DNA of 64,000 nt from Lingula anatina (Eukaryota > Animalia > Brachiopoda): contig CM120640.1 in NCBI GenBank assembly GCA_051362555.1, forward strand, positions 36,475,967-36,539,966, given 5' to 3'. The notes beneath the pieces were generated by a model. It was not told the origin of the DNA. It saw nothing but the letters and a program-made list of their open reading frames with translations, and did not search any database. This document shows, one piece after another, positions 53,301 to 64,000 of this stretch (position 1 is its first letter; every line of letters starts with the position of its first letter). A program made the translations under genes and the position numbers.

Positions 53301-56300
53301 TCGAGGTGTGACGTGTGATACGTGGATTGGTCAGTATAAAGATGATGCCACAGGGAAAACGTACATCGTAGAGTGGTACTTCACAGAGGTGTGTTGAAGT
53401 TATTGTTTCTTCGCTCTTTTTGCATTTTAAAAGCCGTAAAGTATCATCAGATTCGTTAATTATAAGTGCTATTTCATTAAATCTCTAACTATTTTAACAG
53501 ATAATAGCTTAAAATTCAGAGGCGGATCCAGGATTATTTGAAGAGGGGGGGGGGGCAGTTTTTTTTTAAGAATGACAGGCCTCGGATGCGAAGCCGACCC
53601 TTGCCCCCTTGGTGTGGGGTTCGGTGTTTTGGAAGGCAAACGGGCAGTTTAGAACTATGATTCAGCTCTTCAAAATTCTATTATCAAGAGATGAATATTG
53701 ATGTGATTTTTTCCAGAAACCGAAGGAGGGCCAGGACCCCCCGACATCCCCCCAAATCCGCCACTGAAATTACTCCGTCTTTTTGTTAATGACAAGTATT
53801 TCTGAAATCATTTCAATATAACATCATACATCCGTTTTTTTTTTCAAACGATCAATAGCACAGTAATAATAACTGGCTCTGTTTTTAAAGTTATTTGAAA
53901 TTTTTTTTTGCACTACATAGGCCATGTGGTCTGTTATTGAAGCAACCGCAGTGGCAAAAGAAAGAAACGTTCTCTTCAAAATAATTCAGAAAGAGGTAAG
54001 TGGGCGCATGAAGGGACTGCAAAGCGGTAAATGGATATAATCAATTTTCAGTGGATGTTAATATATAAAGCTCAAACATTCGCACTGGTGCCGGTCTTCA
54101 AAATTTTCACGAACCAAAGCCAAGATTAAAAGCATAAAGCATAATTTTCATCATTTGCAAATAACTATAGAGTAAATGTTACTTGTTTTTGTCTGTCTTT
54201 CATTAGGTTTTTTAACAAATCATTTTCTGAATTCCTTTTTTTAATTTTTTACAGAGGGATCACCCAGAAAACGTTAAAATCATTAATGTAGAAAGTCTGG
54301 TGGAAATGACATCGTTTGACTGGACGAGCATTGACATAACACCATGCTTTTCATATGCCAATAGAACAACATTTTCGGCCAGATTTTTTAGTAAGTAGGC
54401 TCTTAGGAAGATCTTATTTCTCTCTCCCTTTTCCCCATTTTTCAAAGCAAAATAGCAAACCCAGTCCCTGTGGGAGAAAAAACATCCCAAGGCCAGCTGA
54501 TTTATTATGGACCCACTATGGAAAATTTCCATAAGTTTATCTTTTTCAAAATACACTTTGCACCAAGGAGCGTGGAGGGGATCTCATTTTAACACTTCGC
54601 TTTTCTTGATAACCTATTTTATCAGAATATTTTCATTGATTTCAGAATCTGTATATTTACTTTAAGATAGATGTGCACTTGTCCAAAGGCAGGTTACATC
54701 CTTTTGAAGCAGCGGGATTACTATCCCTGCTAAAAGGGTCGTTTTTACGCACGAAATACTTGTTTCTTAAGTCAAAATAATTATTTTAAGTGCTCTAATA
54801 CCTACCTTCAAAGTGTATATTTGAGTTTTGAACTCAATAGACTGATAGTCGCATGGAACGAGACAAATTCTCATTCAGAATCTACGTACACAGTACTCTG
54901 TTGAATAAGACCGAAAATCTTCCTTGTTTCTAATCGGATTCTTAGACAACAGCCATTGTGTAGGTCTTAATCTACTGTTCCTTCACATTAAGAAATATCT
55001 CACTCTATGTAGACGGAATAAAATTAAACCGCGCATAGGATGCCTGCAAAAAGTATTTGGAAATGCAAAAGAAAATGGGTTTTCGGTCCTTATATCTACA
55101 GGGTCCTCAAAAGGCAGCTGATCTAAAGAAAAAATGAGAAAGTGTAGTAAAAACATTCATATAACTGGAAAGAATATTTGTTATAGCCTACTAGGATTCT
55201 CTCCCTTAAAATTTCTAAATGTAATTTCCATCATTATTTGCAAGAATTTTTATTCTCAGTGTGCGAATGGTGTATATGGAAGGTGTCTTTGTTGTGTTGT
55301 AAATGTAAACGTTGTGTATGGTATAAAAAAGACCCTAGGGAAATTCCTGAATCGAAATTTTTCCTTTGACGAATATAGTTTGAATACTGGAAATAAAAAA
55401 GGCCTCTTGAACTTGTATGACATATAGGATTTACTGGTCAGAGCGATAAATGCTTTTTTAAAAAAATTGTTTTAGTGAACAAAATATATGTCACAACCGA
55501 ACACAATCTCAACTAAAACAATGCATGGTCGTGAAACCTACCAATTTTGTTATTCAACTTTGGAACATGGCCTATCGAAAAACATACTTTTAACAGTACA
55601 ATGTCGAACATGGGGAAATTCATTCTTCCTCTCCTGTTCAATGAATATTTTATCTAATCGATTTGTCATTGACAAAGGCCAATACAAAGCGTTCTGTTAC
55701 CTTTGTGTTTTTTAGTCGGTTCGCAGGAGCATGATCTAGACGCAATTGGCTTCGAGATAGCAAAAAGAAAAATCCATAAAAATTTGACGGAGCTGACAAA
55801 TATATCTCCTCTGAGACTTACCGAGATGCAGGTAGGAGCTATAGCTGCATTTTGCCTTTCATCGGAGTGCGTGCTTTATTACATTGTACAAGTGGGTAAG
55901 GCTGCGAGCACTTGGTAACCTATTCTCACACCCAGGGCCGTAGCCTCCGGGGGGGCAGGGGGGGGCAGCTGCCCCCCTGGGATTTGAGATGCAAAAAAAA
56001 AAATTAATAATAATAATAATAATTGCAAAGGTAAAAAAAATAATTGCAAAAAAATTTACGAAATGAGGTCTAATTGGCGTGTTGTGTTGAAAAAATGACT
56101 GTACTTATGGCAAAATGAACCCACAATTTCTGACTTCTGATTGAGCAATAAATAACAGTTAAAATGCACCAGAATGCAGTATTATACATGCAGTTTTTAA
56201 AAATTTTCCACACCCCTCCCACCCCCTCACCCCCTAGGGGGCTTTGCCCCCTCGTGTCCGCTCACTGCCCCCCCCTGGCATTTTTCTCAGGCTACGGCCC

Positions 56301-57859
56301 TGACACCTTTACAGTGAATATATAACCTGACAAAATGGACTCTAATTGCAAAGACTGAATGAGTAACAATATCAGACAGCAAGCAACATTTGCAATATTT
56401 GCATACCTATTAATATATTCCACTTTTGGTGTAAAACGTAAAGTAATCGAAATTTAAACGTATCTGGCCCAATTTCATTTCAGATCGACTATGATGGAAA
56501 AGACTACATATTTTTCGTAGCCACGCTGTTGCAGAAGGCGCCATTAGCCAACCCACAAGCATATAATACAAAACCAGAACCAACCTTACATGGAGCATTT
56601 AAAGTGATCCAAGAGAAAATAAGCTCAAAAAGTCCACAGTTTAAAATCCTTATCTCGGGGCCAGGAAAAACCATTGTAAGTCAGACCATCATGCCGCCTC
56701 TCTTGCGAGGTGCTCTGGTAGCTTGAGTGTACAAGGGCGTAATGTCCATCTTCTGAAATGTCGCTTCCTCGTGAATACAGATATAGATGTGATTAAATTT
56801 TATTTTCATGTTAACAATTTCTACACTGTGTCTTCAGCTTGTCCTGTTGCAAGGCGATAGTGCGGTAGTAGTGACATACGCTGTGGAACCCACTGCCTTG
56901 CCCACGCCGCCAACGCCATCCCAGTTACCCCCAACACCTTCGACTACCTATCCCACGCCTTCGCCGATTAAAGAGACAACATCCTCTGGCTCTATGGACA
57001 CGACAACGGAAACCAAATCTACGTTGACAACTTCAACAAAGACGCCTGAACCAACAAAATCAATTATCACATCAAGTACATTATCTAGTGTGACACCCAA
57101 ACCGTGCACTGTACCAACAGTTACAGCAAAACCATGCACGTGTCCTACTTATACAAAAAACACTTGTGCACCATGTCCAACAGTGACGCATCCACCAACA
57201 CCAACACCAAAAATTGTCACAAAGATGGTTACAGTACAGGTTCCTTGTCCAACGGAAACGGACTCAACGACAACAGTTTTACCAACAACGGCATCGGTTG
57301 TCACCCCCTCGGCGGCTGATGTTAACAGTACAGATAACCCCACGAACGAGACTGAATGCGATGCTGAAGAATATAGGAAACTTCTTGAACAGCGCAACAG
57401 AAACAATGAAATTGGACCAGGTATGATATTGTGAAGTTTCATTCTATGATAGCGAAAACTGACAAAACAAACTACCGTTTTATTGGTATTGCGATATCTT
57501 GACCGTAAATATATATATATATTTATATAATATATACCAGTGTTATATTATATGCCATTGAATCAAATATCAGAATTTTGTTATGTCAACATTAACGTTA
57601 GAACTTGAATTGTGCGAGCCATTTTATTCTTTTGCAATAAGGCATACATTTACCATTACGCTTTTCTAAAAAATGTGTCTATGTCTTTCGTTTAGGGGCA
57701 GTCGCGGGAATTGCATTAGGAATGCTGTGTGTGGGCTTGTTACTTGGTTTTGTGGCAAGCAGAGTAGCTTGTCGGAAGAAAATTTATAAAAGGAACAAAA
57801 GAGAGTCAATAGCCAATTTCATAAATGACCAGTACAACGAAGACGCAACTCCGTATTAG
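49488..57859 (+). CDS. Type I membrane protein (~830 aa) with two ependymin/LolA-like repeats, a further globular domain, a Thr/Pro/Cys-rich stalk, TM helix and Tyr-containing tail
   Basis: Phase-consistent exons 49488-49504, 50145-50254, 50470-50667, 50966-51096, 51400-51508, 51696-51868, 52268-52396, 52615-52711, 52954-53120, 53293-53388, 53921-53995, 54255-54390, 55716-55831, 56484-56675, 56838-57420, 57696-57859 (2493 nt, TAG). Signal peptide MIREYSLFCAAIIIALLFTRCYS. Repeated motifs G.T.VRGIPVDHW...YYFT and GT.VVRGVTCDTW...WYFT, with DPFQLPAGLYCP between them. TM AVAGIALGMLCVGLLLGFVA. The domain call is from motif memory and the first exon is the least certain. Confidence 0.8.
51950..52084. 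mobile_element. Small inverted-repeat element (~135 bp)
   Basis: ccggtgtagcg...gagtcc at the left end and ggactttcagtttcgttacaccag at the right end, with internal aaccctaacc. Confidence 0.45.
53517..53766. mobile_element. hAT-like MITE with 5-bp TSD
   Basis: Termini cagaggcggat...atccgccactg, flanked on both sides by aaatt. Confidence 0.75.
55933..56302. mobile_element. hAT-like MITE with 5-bp TSD
   Basis: Perfect TIR cagggccgtagcc...ggctacggccctg, flanked on both sides by acacc; G/C-run subterminal motifs. Confidence 0.85.
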
Positions 57860-59801
57860 TAGCCTTAGTACATGTACCTCTTCTCATGTGTAACTAAACG
57901 GACATCAATATTATTTGCCATAAGATGGCTTAAAACATGTTTAAAGGTTGTGCGTTCAGCCTCCTCAGTTCTGATCGTGATGACGAACCGCACCGTCTCG
58001 ACAAAACATGGTGTTGATTCGTGCATAATATCAAGGACATCCTTGGTAATGTACTGATTACAATGTTCAAATCAGGACTACTGACAAGGAGGGAAAATCT
58101 TTATCTATCCTAGCAGCGCAACATACATGAACAGAAAGACGCTGAATATAACCTGCACGTGTTGTAATTCTAGTTATATAATTTATTGGTTATTGTCAGA
58201 AGTAACAGACATATTTTCCTGTTGTCGCATAAGAAAAAATATTTAAATGTGATATAACATTGAGCTTAACTTATCTTGTGTTATATATCTCTGTCAAATT
58301 GTATCAGTTGGCCAAATAGGCGTGACATTTACTTTTTCATAAAATACCAATTTATGACATCACTCAAGTTGTAACATTTTTGGTAATGATACACTTTACA
58401 ACGCATTACTTTATTACACCTGTCTTTTAAAAGGTTAATGATTCATTCGATCAACAGCTAAAAGACAGGACCGTAACAAACAAGTTTAATGTTAGATTGT
58501 GTATACATGCACCACACAGTATAAACCGTTAGATACTTAACATAAAGCTAGGGTTTGGAGGGCAGATACGTTATATCAACTGGTACATAGGGTTTCTTTT
58601 ATAACAATTATCATACATTGAAACAATAAAAAAACTTGAAATAAAACAAAGGCAGAAAGCCATTTCCATTCAGGTTTTTAATTGCTTTCTTCTTGTCGTC
58701 TTGGGTGGTCCTTTGTGGTGCACATCAGAATATTTATATAACACGATATAAAATGAACTGATATCTACGAAATAAAGGGTAGATCATATTCTGTACCTTC
58801 GTCTACTGCACGCATTACCCATCAGAGTCCAATAATTTAAAAGGTATACTGTACGCAATGGAAATTTCTCAAAGTTATATATTTATGTCTACATATCCCG
58901 CAAAGCTACTAATCTTTCTCATTTTAAACCTTAGAACTATGTTATCTGTAAAACCCCTCATATATTAGCATCTGACGACGATACCCCCTTCTGAAATGGA
59001 AATGTACAGGGAGACAGGGCGTTTTATAAAATAACTGGCTAGTCGTTTAGAACTTAATCAATAAATGAAAACAAAATGGAATAAAACATCGAAAAAAGCG
59101 CAAGGACGGGTCAAGTAATGATTCGTGAGCACGGGAATTTTATTTTTTATTAAAAATTCCGTATATGTTTTGGGTAAGTTTAACGTTCAAAAATGTGAAA
59201 GAATTATCCCAGTCATAAACACACGGATCAGTGTCTGATATGCGTCGTCTAGTAGTCAGAGAGTAGTCAAGTGTCATTTAGAGTGTATGCATACTTGTCT
59301 TGCCCGCGGTTGCCCCATCCCCGGACGTTTTCCGTTGTCATATTAGTACCACTGATATTAAAACATTACAAATACCTGCTCATTCAAAATATGATTTTTG
59401 ATAAGCCTACCGTTTAAATTAATAAACGAGTGTCGAACATAGTTGTGGGTTTTATCGTTGGTGTTTTCCGTCATATGAGTTTTATGAACTTTGAATGTGT
59501 ATCGAATTCCTTAAGATTCATGTGACAGGTATGCTGCCAATAAAACGAATAAACACATTGGATTTGTTTAGCTGTTACACCACTTGCGTTGTTCCCCTAC
59601 AAAAGAAAACTTAAGTAATTTTGTTACGGACTATAAATGCTCTTAACTTAAATATATCTAAAAAACTTATTCTTTTCAAAATACCACAAATCATAGTCAC
59701 TGCATAGTCAAAAATCCAATAGAGATGTAATATGTTTTAGCTTCACCTGAAAGAGGGAGGCAACCGGAACAGCGTAGGTGTACTCAAAGTCGTTTACAAA
59801 C

Positions 59802-60965
59802 ATGGCCGCCGCAGATCTTCTGCGAGTACGGCTTCCCTACCCATGGAGTTACGGGGTCACGGAAGATGGCAGGGTATTCTTTATAAAGTAAGTGCCCAGA
59901 ATATTTAATGATTATTATATGGGTTGACATTTGAAATTTATTGATCATTCTGAAAGCACTTTGATAACACGTGTATATTCATCTTTTGACAGCGACGATA
60001 CGAAAACTACAACATGGTTGCATCCAATGACAAAAGAACCGGTGCAGACAGGGTTAACGGCATCTTCAGGTATGGATATATTTCATATATTGCGTCTGTG
60101 AAATCAGTTTGTTGTGGCGTTATATTTTCACAAGCCCTGCTGGGTTTTTTAAAAAGCCGACTGCTACCAGGAAAGTAGGTCAAGATGGCGGACAGGTGAT
60201 TCACAGGTGTCAGTGAGTTTTGACACCTGAGTTTGCACCTGCACCCGGTATTGTACCTGTACTCACAGTACAGGCATTAAGTCACCCTCTTTCTTTGAAA
60301 AAACCTAATAAGGCTGCCCTAAAAACCTAATAATATGGCGTCTAAGGCGTGCCCACAGAAAGAAAACACCTTGCATTACTTTTACGTCAATGATTTTTAC
60401 CTGTGTTTACAAAAAAATTTTAAAACAAATTTTTGTCTGTCGGTTTTTTATTTAAAATATTTTTTGAGTTGATTTTAATGATGCTGTTTTCATTTGTAAG
60501 ATAATAAAAATGATAAATATAATAACCGATATAATAATAATAATAAGGTTTTTGCTATCTATATTTATTTTTTAATATGTTTTTCTTGATCCTTAGATAT
60601 TGCTTTATATCTCTTCGCCCTGTTATTTTGAAATGATCTTCTGCATAGTGAAAGCTTGTATCACAGGATTAATCAGCTATATGGGTTAACCAAGATTAAT
60701 AGAAAGGTTACATGAGATTGTTCTAAATATGTTAATAACATTCTTTCATATTTTTGCAATGATTGTTTGATATAAAATGTTGCAATTTATTTTTATGGTT
60801 AGTATACTAAAAGTTTCAGTAGGCTGGTAAAAATAAACATGATTTAGAGGAATAGCCAAAAATTTGAATTTTAAATTTTTTTTCAATTTTTTTATGTGCA
60901 TTTTCAGACCTGCCAAGAGGTTGGGAACATGCTTTCAATTCAGATGGTGTCCTGTATTTTATTGA
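59802..60965 (+). CDS. PLEKHA5: PLEKHA5/6/7-family protein, first three exons (tandem WW domains); gene continues beyond the window
   Basis: Exons 59802-59887, 59993-60069, 60908-60965 give MAAADLLRVRLPYPWSYGVTEDGRVFFINDDTKTTTWLHPMTKEPVQTG...DLPRGWEHAFNSDGVLYFI, closely following the vertebrate PLEKHA5/7 N-terminus. The specific vertebrate paralogue cannot be assigned. Confidence 0.88.
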
Positions 60966-63900
60966 GTAAGTATTACTTCTCAGATATACCATTGATTCAT
61001 GATTGATGTACATCATAATAATACTGCACTTTCATTTTTGATTATAAAAGATGGTGGTTATTTGAATTATGAATAAATAAGAAATTGTTATGCATGCCAA
61101 TGTAGAAAAACACCTTATTAATATGTCCTATAGATTCATGTAATTAGCTCATGCTTGGGAGCATTTGAGATTGTTGTTCCATTGGTAAATATCATCTGCC
61201 CTGTGATATTTTGAATTTAAATGCAACTGTCATTATGCAAAAAAAAAAAAATATATATAGAAATATAGATAAATATAGAAAGGAATGATAATTGGATGAA
61301 GTGGCAGATTTTTTCAAAGTTTAATATTGTGTTGAAATAGTAGAATAGTAGTCAGATGGAATAAAATCCTCTACCTTGGCTACAGGGAAGCAAACTCCTA
61401 CTGGGAGCATTCTGAAAGATATTCGAGTTGGGGTTAATCTGTGACACCAATTACTGTACTATATTTTTTTTATCACATTCTTCTTGTTTGTGGCTTAAGA
61501 TTCCTTTACACCTGACAGTAAAGAAATCAAATTCAAGGGTCAACAGTCTGTCAGCTAGATTAGTGATTTTCAGGTGAAAGTATGTAAGCTAAGAATATCA
61601 GTTAATGCACATATATTGTCTCTTCACAACATTTCTTTAACACCTTTGATTCTCACCTTTTGTCGCCAAGCCATATTAAGTTCTGAAAGAGGTAGAATTT
61701 ATCCCGAAATTGAGTTCTTGGGTGCCGCTCTGTGTAAACGGCATTTTCCTCAAATATCGAGTAAGCCTTAATGGGATTTGTTTAACCCTAGATAAACCAT
61801 AGCACTTATATTTTTATTTGGATGTTAAATCGTATAAGCTTTGGGTATTGTCACTTTATTTTAATTCACCGGAATAATGAAGATAAGTAAGTTTGAAGTG
61901 TTGGCTTATCGTGTGAGAAATATCTCGATGCTGCAAGGCTGTTTTGATGTACAGAGTTTCTATTGGTCAGAGGAAGACTTGTACAGGTAGGGGAAAGATG
62001 TTGACTATCTGAGTTTGGCTTAAAACTATTTGTCTAGATCCAACTATTGGTTCAATATGCCAGTGGTAACTAAGTAATGTGTTTGTCACAGCAAAGAATG
62101 AGATTCTTTTTACCTGTGGGGAATGTTATTTAAGATATTGCTATATATGTGCATTAGTCAGTTTCAAGTTCAGCTGGGAACCATCAGGATTTCTGTCCAT
62201 AAAGAAAGAAATGATAGAATAATGGGACAATGGTCAAAGCGAAACAGATGTGTCTCAAATATATAATATTGAGGTAAAAAAGCAGGAATGTGCTGGAAAT
62301 CAATTAAAAGATAAATAAAGTAACAATGACAAGATATTATTAAAATGGCTGTATAAAATTAATTATGGATAATAGATATGCTTGTTTGGGTTGAACTTTG
62401 CCTAACAAGCACTGAACTAGTCAATAGTGAATGCTTGATAATGAGAAGCATTAAATATTAATGATATTAAAGACGTTATTTACAAGTAGTCCTGTGTGGC
62501 GACTGCAATGACCCTTGTGTATTTGAATATATTGCAGTACCTGTAAGTGAACATATATTATTGATCTAGTAAGAGTACCTTTAACAGCATATCAGTATTC
62601 TTAAGGCTCAGTATGTAGCCCTTCCTGACATATTAAAGGTCGTTAGCGATCATGCTGTGCCACATTTCTTTGTCTTTTGTCGTCTCTGGCAGCTCTGCTC
62701 CGTGTTTTATTTTTTTTACACTTCTCCCCTTCAATCATCTCTTCAGACTTGGGCATTCGAGTCAATCAGTTAGCATGCAGTTACTGTGATGAAAAAAATT
62801 TTTTTTTTTAAGAAGTATGCATTCATACATATGCATAAGTGAATTGGAAACGTACTCCATAAAATCTGGTTTTTGATGTTTATTGGAATTGATAGAATAA
62901 GAGTGGTTTGAATTGGGAGCATGTTGCACATGTGCAGGTATGTTAGTTTAGAGAGGTCATGACTTGTTTTTGAAATTGCTTTTATTACCAACCTGTGTTG
63001 CAGATGAATATACTAGAAATGCTAGTATATTAAAATGTTAGAAAGCCTCAATGTAATAAAAACAGCTTCACTCGCCTTGCATTTTAAGTGTTAAAGAATT
63101 TGAAAAAGATACCTTTTTTTAAATCCTGAAGTGGATCATTAGATGTGTATATATGTAATAGGTCAGCCAAGCTTTTCTACCAGGGTTTTTCTTTGATTAA
63201 TTATACTCTGGAATGGCTTGACAACTGTTAGGTTTTTTATCCAAGCAGCTTGAAATAATTGCTCTTTATTTCCAAGTATGCAGCTATTATTTTTCCGCGT
63301 GTCACTTTAAATATCATGGGCATCAATAAATGGGTTTGTGTAAGAATGTAGTAAGCTTGGCATGCATGGCTTGATATATGGGTGATATTATGTCCTTCGC
63401 AAGGCAACAATAGCTTGGTGCCAGAGGAATGTGCTTTGAATAAAGTTACTTCACGTCAAAGGTTCAGACCCCCTAAAAATACAATCTCTGCATATGTTTA
63501 GTAGAGTATGAATCATTGTATTGATACAAACCAGGTTAATATGTTTGCTATTATGGCAAGGGCTGATGTGATATTATATTAATGTGCCCTTGTGATTGTT
63601 AAGTATGCATTATAAGAAAAAAGCAGCGCTCATCAGGTGTGTAGCATATGGGTAATTGCAATTTAAGTTATAAAATTATTATGCATGGCACAAAACAATT
63701 CATATTAATAACAATTCATAGTTTAAGGAGATCCCACTCTTAAGTACCATCTTCTTATTTTTGAAAACAATTTAGAGAGTTAATTAATAACATGAAGTGA
63801 AAGATTGTTAAATGCTGTATCAAAGAGCATGCAAAATAAATGTGAAAATGTTCTTTTGATGGGCAAAGTTGGCAACATCATAGTGAATATATATATATAT

Positions 63901-64000
63901 ATATAGTGAATAGTCATTTTTCATTTTTGGTCACAAAATAAGCAAGCATGATTCCATATTATTAAGATTAAGTATTACATTTGCTCTTTATGTATTATCA

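Noticed and set aside
58838-58870. TTAAAAGG start resembling a Kolobok end
   Set aside because: No matching inverted terminus was found.
60966-64000. Short ORFs at the window end
   Set aside because: No motif or splice support; consistent with a long PLEKHA5/7 intron.

Overview
AT-rich, intron-containing animal genomic DNA; a lophotrochozoan/mollusc-like origin is inferred from gene content and not proven. The + strand from 293 to 37449 carries the 3' two-thirds of NUP210 (gp210) in 26 exons. Its two ~11-kb introns each host complete antisense genes: an angiopoietin-like fibrinogen-related protein (4 coding exons, 3925-10851) and a tandem pair of secreted H-type lectin genes (18135-20683, 25524-27375). 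Each lectin copy is preceded by a decayed signal-peptide gene remnant, and the copies are separated by a TTAA-flanked insertion in a ~330-bp tandem repeat. Downstream lie a convergent ~1089-aa type I transmembrane mucin (- strand), a divergently oriented ~830-aa type I membrane protein with two ependymin/LolA-like repeats and a mucin stalk (+ strand, 16 coding exons), and the first three WW-domain exons of a PLEKHA5/7-family gene. Several MITEs with identifiable TIRs/TSDs and simple repeats are present. All gene models were assembled by hand from splice signals, phase continuity and remembered family motifs; no database search was run.
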